DNA of 64,000 nucleotides from Lama guanicoe (lineage: Eukaryota): contig MU054001.1 of the NCBI GenBank assembly GCA_013239625.1, forward strand, positions 4,566,167 through 4,630,166, written 5' to 3'. Below are positions 12,500-24,330 of this stretch, one piece after another (within the stretch, counting starts at the first letter, position 1; every line of letters begins with the position of its first letter). The notes beneath the pieces were generated by a model. That model was not told the DNA's origin. It saw nothing but the letters and a program-made list of their open reading frames with translations, and did no database searches. The position numbers and the translations under genes were made by a program.

Positions 12500-12760
12500 G
12501 GGTGAAAAATGAGTTGGTATTGGTGTTTCCCGAAATGTATTCCAGGGCTTCACTGATGTTCCACCAAAAGAATAAAATATTTCCTGTGGCCAAACCCATT
12601 TGACAACCACTGTGTTAAACAAAGTTAAAAGTTCTTTTTTTTTTTTTTTTAACTCTCTGGGCTTCTCAGAGCCTTTAACATGCTACTGTGGGGCTTGCTC
12701 AGAGATGTTAATAGTTTCTGATTTCCAACGTTCTTGATCACTTGTCAGGGAGTCCTACTA
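12500..12760. mobile_element. Degenerate hAT-Charlie-like DNA transposon fragment
   Basis: ggtgtttcccgaaatgtattcca...gttaaacaaagttaaa...cttctcagagcctttaacatgcta resembles old MER/Charlie elements; family not resolved. Confidence 0.45.
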
Positions 12761-12814
12761 CCTGGGTACAGTGCGGGTTTCTAGTCTTTAGAGGTCTACT
12801 GTAATGACTGGCTT

Positions 12815-13090
12815 ACTCGTTCATTTATTTATTCAGCCCACGTATGCTTATTGAGCACCTACTATGTGCCAGCCGCTCTTCAAGTTTATCCTAGTTGGGG
12901 GTGAGAGCCCATCTACAAGTATGTGAGTCAGTAACGTAATTGCTGGGAAACAAAGCAGGTCCTGGGACAGGCTGGGAGTGGTGGAAAAGGCTGTCCAGAC
13001 AGGGCCATCTGTGACATCTGAGAGGTGACACTTGAGCCCAGGGTGATGGGGGTGGTCATGAGGGGAGTTTCTGGCCGGAAGCCTTTGCAA
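12815..13090 (-). mobile_element. LINE-2 3' fragment
   Basis: ttcatttatttattcag...ttattgagcacctactatgtgccag is the antisense L2 terminus. Confidence 0.75.
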
Positions 13091-13779
13091 CTGGTGCTTT
13101 GGTGGGGCTGGGGGATGTGGGAGGTGGAGGTACTTCTCTGGGCCTCTGCCTCCTCAACTGGGAGGATACACCACTGGCTCAGCCCTTTGGTTTCTGTGTA
13201 ACAGTCCAGGCCCCAGAGAGAGGCTTCTCCTGGTGGTGAGTCAGTTTAATGCGGCATTTTCTGAGCAAGGACGGCTTCTGACTCCCAGTCTTGCCCCAGG
13301 GGACTCAGTGGCGCTCCTCCCCAACCATGAAGCCCTATCGCCACGGAGGTCTCGGGGAGGGGGCCCTCCCTGGGCAGGCCAGCTCCGAGCACCACCCAGC
13401 AGAGCCCCTGCCTGTCCTAGTCACTGCCGGGTCCCCAGTGCCTGGCACTGGACCCACATTCCCACCCCTGTCTGACAGATGGGAAAATGAGGCCAGGAGG
13501 CTCCCACAGCCCGTTCCCTCAGAGGCCCAGCCCAGAATCCAACCTTTCTCCAAGCCAGGGCTGTGACCCGAGGCCGGTGGGGTGGGGAAAGCACAGATTT
13601 CCAGGACGGGAGGTGGGATTTCGGGCCCTCAGGGACCCTCCTGGGGTTTGTCTGTAGAGTTGCCCGGTGTGGTTTGGGTCCTGGGAGATGAGAGAAGGGG
13701 AATGGAGAAGTGGTGGGGAAGGGCTAGGAGATCTGGGGTTGGGGAGGGGGCGGGAGAAGAGATGGGGAAGGGGCCCACG

Positions 13780-14345
13780 GGAGGGGCCTCGGGACACGTC
13801 CTGCCCAGCAAGCCTGGCCAGTCGGCGGGGCGCTTGGGAACGCGGCCCCTCCCCGGGCCCTCGTCTGCCCGCCCCGCGGGGCGGCCCCGGGACCCCTTTG
13901 AGGCGGCCGTCCTGGGAACGCGTCGGGCCGCCCCCCGCCCGGGAGGGCTCCATGGCTGCGGCGCAATAACTCAGGCCCAGGTTTGGGCACAAAGCGGCCG
14001 CGGCGGGGGGCTGGCTGGGAAGGCGCGGGCTGCGGCGCTCGCTCGCGCTACCCGGGTGGGGCCGGGGCTTGTTCTGCACCGCGGGCCGCCCCCGCCCGCC
14101 CGCCCCTCGGAGTCTGGGGCTGGCGGGGCCCAGCTGTCGCCCCCAGGACTCCTGAGTCCCCGGGCCCAGAGCCGGGGGCGGGGCGGCCAGGCGGCGGCGG
14201 CGGCGTCGTCTAGCCCCCAGCTGGGTGCCGGCCGGTGGGTGGGCTGCGGCCCCCGCTGGCCAGATGTGCGCCTGGGGGGAGCCCGCCGCGACCTGGAGAG
14301 CGGATTGGCCCGCAGCTTTGGGGCGGGGCGGGGGGAGGGCATTTG
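13780..14345. promoter_or_regulatory. Intragenic CpG island (candidate alternative promoter or enhancer)
   Basis: Very GC- and CpG-dense, unlike its flanks; multiple GGGCGG/CCGCCC boxes, (GCG)n run 14191-14205, inverted CCAAT (ATTGG 14304-14308), G-run cluster 14320-14339. Confidence 0.85.
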
Positions 14346-14374
14346 ACCACTGCAGGGGCCATCCCAGAGTGTAC

Positions 14375-14575
14375 AATAATAAAGAATAAATGCCCTCGAT
14401 TGCTTCTGAGCACTTCACGTTTAAGCTTCGCAACAACCGTCTGAGGTAGATTCTATGATTATCCCCGTTTCACAGAGGAGGAAACTGAGGCCCACGGTGG
14501 CAAAACAAATCGCTCGTCTCACAGCTGGGACTAGACAGGATTTGAACCAGGCACTCTAGCCCCAGAGCCGTACTC
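14375..14575 (-). mobile_element. MIR
   Basis: tgaggtagattctatgattatccccgtttcacagaggaggaaactgaggccca...ggatttgaaccagg is the antisense MIR core. Confidence 0.85.
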
Positions 14576-17500
14576 TGCCCATGCACAGCTCCCAAGTGTG
14601 CAAGTATGGGGATTATGGGAGTGCAATTCTGAGTATGCTTGCATATGTTCAAGAAATTACAGACAAAAGATTTGCAAACAGATCTAGTGATTCTGCATTT
14701 GCCACTTAAAACTCACTCATTCAATCCCTGGATGGATACTTCCTGACTTCATTCATTCCCTGGATGCATATTTCTGACTCTGTGCTAGGTCTTATTGCTG
14801 GATGCACAGTGATGAGTGAATAGGACTGGGTCCCTGTCTTCAGTAAGCTTGCAGTTTAGTTGGGGGCGGGGTAGTAAGAATGACAATAGTGAACAGTTAC
14901 ATCAATATGCAGTTGGGGTGACCTGATGGTCCATTCTGGGGAGTCCCCCAGGACTGTAGACCTTGAGGTTGAATGACTCCAGAGGTTTGCAGAACCTCCG
15001 GCGTGGCATGGTTCCAGAGATTCTCATGGACATCTCCAAGTACCCAGGTAGTAGGTTGGAGGTGTCCCTCCTCATTTGCCAGACGAGAAGCGCTGATCCA
15101 GAGTAGCCCACAGCCTTGCCTGGCTCCCACTGCACCTACGTAGCACAGTTGGTGTCCAGTTGTTAGTCAGGCTGCTCATTTCCAAAGTCCCCGTATCCCA
15201 TGGATAGGGGCCCTGACCCCTAGGCCCTGGCTCCCGTGGTTGGAAGTGGAGGGAATCCCAATGCTTTGTCGGTACCCAAGTCTCTGAGCTGTCCCCATCT
15301 CTCTGACCTCCAGTTAGGCCAGTGAGAAGACAGCTGCCTCCATACGTCTGCTCCATCCACAATTCAGTGTGAATTGGGTATCTGAATGGGCTTTATTCTG
15401 AATTTTTTGTCTCCATTGCCTACAAATATCCTTTGCTCAGGCTGCTCTGGGAGCTTAAGGCCTGTTGTAGATTCCAGATCTGAGCCTGGGGTAAGGCTGG
15501 GCCTGTTCTCAGCCCTTTCTGTGCATTTGGTCTTGCCTTATTTTTGTTAGGAGAGTTTCAAGTCTGCTCCACTCTGTGGACACTGGTTTGGCTCGGGCCA
15601 CAGGGATGGCAGGAGGGGTTAATATTTATTGAGGTTTGGTGAGTGCTGAGTGCTTTATTCATATTTTCTCATGAATCCCCTCAACAGCCTTCTGAGTCTG
15701 GCACCATTACATTTGCCATCCTGCAGGTGAGGAGCGTTGAGGGTCAGCCTGAGGTCCAATGTTACATGTCACAATCAGGCTGCCTGACACCGTGATGCCT
15801 GCCCAAGTAACTCCCAGAGCCACCGTCTGTGCTCCTGGTGGACGAGTGGCCTCTCCTCCCCCAGGGGCCAGGCTGGGAGACAGACCCATAAACAGTTATG
15901 AACTCTGAGGCTGGTAACACCATGTTCCCCCTGAGGACCCAGCTGGTGGCCAAGTTCACACTCCCCAACTTGCCTCCCCCCTCCTGCCTGCCTGGGCCTA
16001 CTCCTCAAGTTCAGTTGGGGTAGAAGCAGCATGGACAGATTAGGGTAGGAGGATAAGGCCAGGTCTTTGGGACATTTTGGGTAGCTGGTGGACAGGGCTG
16101 TACCTGCTTCCTGGTTTTTTAGGAACTCCACTCCCAGCCAGGCCAGCCTGTCTCTTCTGCTATAGGTGGGAGGTGCTTACTTGCCCCATTTAGGGTGGGG
16201 AATCCTCCCTTCTGTTGTCTCCCCCTTACCCCTAAGCCCCAGGAGTCCAGCTGGCTCAGCCCAGGAATCTTGGATATGGTGGTTGGGGGTGGGTGGCCTT
16301 GCTAAGGGAACTCAAAGATTTAAAGAGCCCTGTCCTGTGGGCCTCTCTCTGTTTCCACTCAAACTGTCCCCTGGGCCCAGGAAATGGCCTGTGAGCCTGC
16401 ATCTTCTCCCCCACCAAATATCTTCCCTGGAGTTTGGGTTTGAACCGAGGGTGCATGCCCCTCCAGGGCTGGGTTTCCAGGCAGCCCTTCAGCTGATGCC
16501 CATCTTGGCCAAGAGGCCCAGGAGGAGCAGCTCTTCCCCTCCCTCCTTAAGTCCCTCTCCCTGGGCACCGACCCTCTGCATTCTCTGCCCTCCACCCCCT
16601 CCTGTGCAGGCTTCCTGGAACCCAAGGACCCTGGAGGTTTCTGGACCATATCGAGTTGCCTGGGTGGTTGTTTCTTTTTTTTTTTTTTTTTAGGCCAGCC
16701 AGGGGTGGAGGCTGACTGGAGCCCGTGTCTCCCTGGGTGGAGCTGTGCCCCCCCCAGCCCCTACCTCTCTGTGGCTTCCCCTCTTAGCTGGGACCAGCCC
16801 TGTTCGGCATTTCCTGCCTCCCTCCCTTTCATTTTGCACCAGGCTCCCCAAGGACGCCCCTGGGTGGGATGTGGGGCCCACTCTAACCGTTCTCCCTGGT
16901 GACTGGGGCCTGACTTGACCTGGCACTGCCACAGTCCTGCTGAGTCCGGGCCCAGGATAGGGTCAACTAGATTGCTTCTCCCTGCTCTCCCCAGGCCGCT
17001 CCTCCTGGTTGGTCCGCTGGGTTTAGCTGGGCCCACCTCCAGGTCTGAGCCAGGGGGCCGGAGCTGACTGAGTGCTCCTCACAGACCCCTTGGCTGGGGA
17101 CTGGTGGGGGGTGGGGCTCTGGAAGAGGCTGAGGGGCTGGGGGAAAATGGAGCCCTCAAGGCCGTGGGGTGGGAGAAATGGAAGGACTAACCCTCTTGGG
17201 GCAGGAGCCAGAGCTAAGACCCCTTACAGTTAATTCTGAGGTGCTTCTGAGAACCCCAAGTCCTTGGTAGCTTTGCCGTACCCCCCCCCCAGCCAAGAAC
17301 CACTGCACACATGGTTTTGCTTTTCCAGGCATCCTCCCCTGGTCCCCTCCCTCTGGGTGCCTTCTGAGCTCCTCGGGCCCCTCCCCCAGTCCTCCTGGGC
17401 CCCCTCCTTCCTCCTTGACCCACTTTAGTCCCCTGTTGCTGGGGGAGGGGAGTGCACAGCCGGCGGCTCTGATCCTGGCTGCCTCCCCCAGCATCCCTTG

Positions 17501-17899
17501 GGGCGGGCTCTGGATGGAGCCAGCAGGCTGAGCCGGCCCGGCCCCAGGGACTGGCACACGACGTGCTCCGAGTGGCAGCCTCCCTGCCCCCTCCATGGAC
17601 AGACAGTTCTGGACAGCTGCCCTTGCCGAGGCCCCTGGGAGGCCCTGCCAAGGCCAGGCTCCGGTTTCCCCCAGCCCCAGGGAGCTGCTGCTCCAGCGGT
17701 CCCTCCTACCACTGCCTTCTTGCCGAGCCCACTTCCCAGAGGGGCTGTGAGGCAGGGCCCACACCCATTCTTCTAAGTCTCTATTGGAGAGACAGGAGCT
17801 GGGGTCAGGTTCCAAGTCTGCTGTTGATCTGTGTGACTTGGGGGAATCGACCAACCCTCTCTGGGCCTTAGCTGTGGAAAGAAGGACTTGGACCAGATA

Positions 17900-18115
17900 G
17901 TTAAACTTTACTGAGCATCTACTATATTCTGAGGACTCAGCTAAGCATTTTACATTTATGATCTTCATTGTATTGTCACAATGATTTTGTGAGGCATGCT
18001 TTCCCAACCCCTATTTTAAGGATAAGGCAACTGTGGCATAGAAAGGGAAAGTAACTTGCTTGAGGTCACACAGATTGTATGTGGTGGAACCACAGGGGTT
18101 TGAGTCCAGGCAAAC
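17900..18115 (-). mobile_element. MIR
   Basis: tttactgagcatctacta...taacttgcttgaggtcacacag...gggtttgagtccagg. Confidence 0.75.
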
Positions 18116-19269
18116 TTGATGAGATGAATTTTCATTGCCCTAATATTCTATAATTCATCCTGATGCTGGGGCTGTTAACCGTTCCTGGACTACTGCATGG
18201 CTGTCTAAGGACTTGAGATCCTCCTCCAGGGGTCCTGCCTGAGACTCCTGTCACTCTGTCCTGCTTTGCCCTGCTTGGGAGTTGCCTGGGTTCCCAAGCC
18301 TGCCCCCTGTCCTGCAATAGGCTGTGGGAAGCCAAGGCCCCAGGAAGCCCCCACAGCTGGGAACTGGCTCCATCCTCAGTCCTAATTCTGTGGTCCAGGG
18401 GCCCGGCCCCATGTGTGATCACTCTGAGCACAGGATGTATCCTGGCTTCCAGCACTGCCAATGCAGAAGCCATGAGCCAGCGGGAATTTCCGCATGGCCT
18501 CCCTGCATGAGCACCAGCCCAGCCCTGCGGAACCCCCCCGCACACGCTGCCCCTCCTTGCTTCCCACAACCCCACCAAAAAACAAATGTGAAAAATGGGG
18601 TGTCGGACCCTGAGGGTGCTGTTCAGGTCTGGGAACCATGCTTCTCTAATCTCTGCATTTTCTGTCTTTTCCTCCTTGAGTCTTGACATCTGTCCGTCCT
18701 CTGGGAACCTTTTCATTTCATCATCATTGTCTTGCTGAATAGAGGAGGGGGTGGGTGGTGGTGGTGGGGCTCTGGGAGCAAAGTCAGGATATCTTTTCTT
18801 ATTTGCCTAATTTCCTCGCTTAAACGCATCTTGTGATTAAACATTTTCTTAGCGTGCTTGGTCAGGGCCGTGCCGAGTTTCTTTTCATAAACATTGGCAA
18901 GTGAATTTAACAGCCCTGTTTGTATTAGCTGGAAGTTTCATTTGCATAGTGATTGTTCTTATGAAACAAAATAATCACTGCTAGTTTATGAAACTGTATA
19001 AATACTGGGGTCTGGAGCTGGGTGCATGCGCACGCCTTTCTTCCCGCATGGAAATCCATCCATCCCTTTTGGGGAGGAAACTCAGGCTCTAGGAAGAGCC
19101 AAGCACAGAGAGTTTTTGTGGTAGAGAGGTGTTTCCTGGACCGTGGATATTGCCTGTGCGTGGAGCTTGTGACCCCCATTCCGATCAGGGGCACGGGAGG
19201 GGGTCTGGTAGAGGTGAGCAGAAGGAAATCTCCAGACTCCTGTAGGTTGCTCTTCCAGTCTTTCTGATT

Positions 19270-19450
19270 AAGGTTGCAAACTGGTGGCCTGAGGCTCAGT
19301 GTTGCCCACAGATATGTTTTGATTGGGTTGTGCTGTGTTTGAAAGAAACAAGCCCACATTTTAAAATGTGGAGATTTCACAGAAACATTCATTCAGATTT
19401 CTTGCTTCTCTTGCTAACAAATGGGCAGATCTGGTTCCCCTAGGCCCACG
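19270..19450 (+). mobile_element. MER102/Charlie4-like hAT fragment
   Basis: ggttgcaaactggtggcctgagg...cccacagatatgttttgattgg...ggagatttcacagaaa...cagatttcttgcttctcttg...agatctgg. Confidence 0.65.
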
Positions 19451-20369
19451 GTCCTGCCTGGCAGCAGTCCTGGCGGTGGGAGGGGGGCGGGGGTGGAGGC
19501 TGCTCCTGCAGGTGCTCTGCCTGCCGCCCCCAAGGGATTTGGGATCCTGATTGCCGTGGGTCTGTTCACTCAGTGTCCTGCAAGCTTGAGGCTCAGTGAT
19601 TCACTGGGACGCCCTCTGGGTGCCCTGCTCTGATCTGTTGTGAGATGTCTGCTCAGACTCTGCCTATTTGAGGAGCTACCCCTGAGCCCCTTGGCTTCGC
19701 TCCAGGGGCTTTGGGTTCCAGGCCTCCTGATGTCCATATTGGCCAGGGGCAGAGATCTGGAAAAGGAGCCACTTTGGGAGGTCACACTCTTATTCCCAGG
19801 GGCTTGCTTTTGCTCAGAATGTTCCTGGCCTCCTCCTCAGCGGCTCCCTTTAGAGCCTACTGCCCCCAGAAGACAGGCAGGTGTTTCATGATCTCACACT
19901 GTTTTTTAGATTCAGGCAGCATCGCCCAGCTTGGTCAGCAGGCTTGGCCCAAATGACTTTTTAGCTGATTCTAATACATTTTGAACCTACTCGTGTTGGG
20001 TGGTCCCAGAATAATACCTGTGCATTTGGAAATGGTTTGACAAAGGGTCTGGGCTGGAGTTGGATTTAGACTTACGGATTGGTGCCTGCCCCACGCTTCT
20101 AGATGAGCTGGCCTGGGCAGCAGAGCCCTCAGGTATTTGGTGACTTTTCTCTTTGTAGGAGGAGAAGTCAGAAGTAACAAAGCAACTGGGTGAAACATCG
20201 GGGCCAGCAGCTTCTTCACTCTGCAGAGCTCTGTCCCCAGCCTGAGGCTCTCGAGCACCACTTAGGAAGGCAGCTCCCATCGATCCCATTGTGCCTCCAG
20301 GCCTTCATCGCGTACAGCCCTGGTTGGAAACAACACTCAAGGCCCTGTTTCCTATAGAGTGTCTTGTGT

Positions 20370-20525
20370 TATCCTCACAGGAGCTCTAAGTGGTAGTTAC
20401 ATTATTCCCATTGTATAGACGAGGAAACTGAGGCTTTGAGGCCCCAGGTCACATAGCTGGTGAATGGAGGAGTAGAGATTTGAACCCAGGCCTCTGGGCT
20501 ACAGAGCCCGCCCTCCTAACTGTGA
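20370..20525 (-). mobile_element. MIR
   Basis: attattcccattgtatagacgaggaaactgaggct...aggtcacatagctgg...gatttgaacccagg. Confidence 0.85.
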
Positions 20526-20979
20526 CTCTATTTTATATTTTCTCAAACTATAAAATAGGGAAAATGTCCCTACCTCCTAGGAGTATTACAGGGATAAAAT
20601 GAGCCTAGGAAGATTTCACTGTGACCTCCAACCTCTACTTATTAAAGCAGGAACATGGACTCAGGCATGGTGAGGGTTTTTTTTTTTTTTAACTATTACT
20701 GAATAGTGTCATTAAACATAATGCTTTCTCCCCTTTTCTCCCTCCCTTGATCTTTATGGTCTATTTTTTGACCATTTCACTGGTCTGGATAGAATTTCTC
20801 CCCCAAGATCCTGAGGTTGTGCATTTCCCCTGAAGATAGGATTTCATCTCTGCCTGGTTGGGGCTCCTCTTCGCAGGGAGGGGCACAGAGAAACCTTAAG
20901 GGTCTACTGGAAAGAGAAGAGCAAGCAGCTAGACCAGACATTCAACTTTGATAGAACTGGCTCGCTGACAAAGGATCCT

Positions 20980-21510
20980 ATCAGTTGGGATGCAGCACAT
21001 AAAATCCAAGTTCAAAACAGCTCAAGCATAAGGGGATGTACTATCTCACAGGGCGAGAAGTCTGGAGGGAGTGTGGTGACTTCAGAGTACTTGGTAAAAC
21101 AGTCAAATCTATCAGCAGCAACTCAGGTGCCTTTCATCTTTATGCTCTGTCCTGCTCACCACATTGGCTCTTGCCCTCAGATTTGTCTCCTCATGGTGAA
21201 GAAATGGCTGCTATGGTACCAGACATCACACCTCCACACATCAATGTCTGAAAACCAAGAGAGAGACGCTCCCTTACACAGGCCTACTTTAGAGGAAGGA
21301 TGCCTTTCCTAGATGGCCCTGCGGTTCCTTCCTGGTGTCTCATTGGTGAGAATGGCCTTCCCTGCACATCCTAGACCAACACAGGCCAGGGTGTGGACCA
21401 TCACTCCTGGGGCTCTAGCTTTCCTTGGACTTAGTGGCTTCTGGGGATATCAACATATTCAAGTTGGGTCAGCAAGAAAGGAATGGATGCTGGGGAGGTA
21501 CCCAGTGCTA
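20980..21510. mobile_element. MaLR solo LTR (MLT1K/L-like)
   Basis: tcagttgggatgc...aaacagctcaagcataagggga...ctcatggtgaagaaatggctgct...cagacatcacacctccaca...gtctcattgg...gaatggatgctgggg. Confidence 0.6.
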
Positions 21511-23811
21511 TCTGGGGACAGTCAGGCTCTAGGAGGAGGCAGTCTCTGCCAGTACCTGTCTCTTTCCATACAAGGTTCTGGAACACCTCCCTCGTCTCAT
21601 TATGGCCCTCCCCCATGTCTTAATCTTTCCAGTCCCTCTTTTCTCACCTCCTGTTCTAGGACTGCACTGTTCCCTTGCCCGTCTTTCCTGCTAATGGAAT
21701 CACTCTCCTCCCCTTTTTGCCTGCCTTGCTCCTTTTCATCCTTATGGACTAAATTCAGCGTTCCTTGTCCTGATTACCTGTCCCCCAAAGTGGGCCCACT
21801 GCTGTTAGTCTCTATTTTTTGCTTTAAATGTCATGTTAATTATTCTCAGTAGGAATTTATTTACGTGTTTACCTGGTTACAGTTTTCCTTCTGCTCTGGA
21901 GTCTAAGCTCTGTCTGGACAGGGATGGAGTTTGACTCGTCCCCTCCTGTGTTCCTTGGCTTCAGAAGGGCCAGAGGGGAGGAGGAGGGATGCAACAAGTG
22001 CCTGGCATCTGAGCAGGCTTGTAGTAAACATGTACCAAACGGAGGGCCTGCTACTTACCAGGCCCTTCCTGAATTCCTTGTCTCATTCCTGTGCCACATC
22101 TGCCCTGTCTCCCTCTCCCCTGGAGCCCTTAGTCCCTGTGTTCTTGGCTCTTTGAGGAAGAAGAGAGACAACTTGTCTCCATGAGTCTCTGGACCTTTTC
22201 TCTTCATAGTGACCTGATTGCTGGCAGGGGCTTCTCCAAGGGCTGGTTCTGTGGGAACATATGCTTCTGGAGGGGGGCACAGTAGAGAGCCTGTGAGGGG
22301 CGGGCCGAGGAGGGAGCCCTGGGTCAGCCTGTGTGACTGGTTGGACCAGTGGTTGAAGCCAGCAGGCAACATGGATGCACGTCTGGACAGCTGGATCTTG
22401 CCCACGTGTGTCCGGTCGCTCTGCCCCAAGGATGGTTCTTTTTCATGGCTGGGAACTCCCTCTGCTCATGAGTCAGTGGGGTTGGCTCCTCTCTGGGGGT
22501 GTCGAGCCCATCCCGTTCCTGGGAAAGCTATTCAGTTAGCAGTCTTGCTGATACGAAATCCTAAGGCTGGCCTGGGAGCCAGCTGGTCATTTTACACAAC
22601 ACAGAGGTAGAAAGAGTTGGTTGTAGTTCTTTTAAATTTAAAGACATCCTTGTCTGAATAATTTTGAGGAATTCTTGGACCTGAATCGTCAGGTTGGCCG
22701 TTGACAGGAGTCAGATGAAGTGGAATCTGGGACACGCCCACATGATGTGGACACGTTGTCACCATGGGAACGGGCAGGGGGAGAGCAAAGGGCAGGGTTG
22801 AGGTGACCTTGGTCACAGGGGGGATGGTGGGCTTGGCAGAACCAGACTAGGCAAAGTCTGCCTCAAAGCTCTCCCTCATTTGGGTCCCTGAGGCCTCTCT
22901 CTCAGGCTAGAGAAAGAACCTTCCTCGTTCTCCAGACTGCTTCTCCAGAGCTGGTTGTAGGACAAATTATGGCCTTGCTCCTGCGTGTGGGTGGGACCCA
23001 TCATGTGTACCCGGGTCCACACGGCCTCGACTGGGGCCCGGCGCCCACCCTGGGACCCTTTTGAGAAATGCGCTGGCTGCAGTTTGAGCCTAATGAGCAA
23101 AGTGTTAGGTGTTGGGGCTGCCGGTTCCCCACCAGGGCTTAGGCTCCCCAAGGCCCCCAAAGAGGAGCCATTGAAGCAGGCGGAGGCTTTCCTGGCGCCT
23201 GCTGTTCCTTTTAGAGACCTTGCTTATGTTGCCTTTTCTTTTTCAGTGGGAAGTATCGGTGTGAGTAATTGTATATATTTTCACAAACTCGAACTATGCT
23301 TCATTTAAACTTCTATAAACATGTCTGTATACTTCTAATTAACTGCTCGCATAAAGCCATCAGAAAGTTACACAGGGAAAGCTCATTTGCCAGACTGTTG
23401 CCTAAAAGCCAAGGAAAATAGTATGTTCTTCCAACAAACGGACTATTCATGTAGACGGTTCCCAAGATAAACAGGAGATATTTGAGGACAAGTGAGATTT
23501 TAAGTAGTGATGGCTCTCGTAAGTGGTATTCACCAGAGTGTTGGCAGGGTGGGTGGCTTGATTGAGTGATAAATGCTCTTCAAGAAAAATGCTCCAGACT
23601 TGGAATGTGGGGTCAGGAGCCTGGAGACGGGCCATCTCTTGGTGCTCTTGTTAATGTCCATGGGCAGGAGGCCACTCTGAATTAGTGAAAAGCCTGAATC
23701 AGAGAAGAGTCCTGCTCTTTCAGCAGTTTGTACTAGGGTTACTAAGAAAGTGTGGACAGAAGAGAGTCTTGGGGCTGCTTTAGTTAGTGGGTAAGGATGA
23801 TTTAAAGTCAA

Positions 23812-24330
23812 GCTTCATTCATTTCATTCATTCACTCATTCATTTATTCCTCCAATTAAATATTGATGAGCACCTGGCAGTGCCAGGGTAAGGCTCTGGG
23901 TATGGCAGTGAATAAAATGTCAACATCCCTGCCTGCCTGGAGACTGTGTCTGGTTGTCATTGGTGGTGGGGAGACAGTGGACATGTTAAGTGAGCACACA
24001 GTGTGTGGTGTGTCAGTGATCAGGGCTCAGAAAGACAATGAAGGCGGTGAGGGCTGGGAGCTGGGCTGGGCAAGTGTGGTTTTAGATGGGTCAGGGAAAG
24101 TCTCCTTGAGGAGGTGACTGTGAGTGAAGACGTGAAAGAGGTGATGTGATTCTCCAGGCAGTGGGAACAGCATGTGCAAAGGCCCTGCACAGAAGAGCGC
24201 TGAGGAAGAGTAAGTAAGAAGGCCTGCGTGCTTGGGGCTGATGGGGAGACATGGGTGATGAGGTCAGATAGTGGATTGTAGGGCAGGGAAATCTAATTAA
24301 GTCTTTTATTGAATGCAAGAAAATGCTTCT
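23812..24330 (-). mobile_element. LINE-2 3' fragment
   Basis: (TTCA)n tail, then aaatattgatgagcacc...gtgccagg...gtcagggaaagtctccttgaggaggtgac...gggaacagcatgtgcaaaggccctg. Confidence 0.85.

Noticed and set aside
14196..14211. BMP-responsive SMAD composite GRCGNC-N5-GTCT
   Set aside because: The spacing is 6 nt rather than 5, and the match arises inside a (GCG)n run.
13519..14436. Long ORFs over the CpG island (305 aa minus, 254 aa plus)
   Set aside because: Low-complexity Pro/Arg/Gly/Ala products with ORFs in several frames on both strands, as expected from GC-rich, stop-poor DNA; no recognisable domain.
17156..18007. 283-aa ORF, and similar long ORFs such as 62929-63651 and 8892-9497
   Set aside because: They run through MIR or simple-repeat sequence, with no domain and no coherent exon structure.
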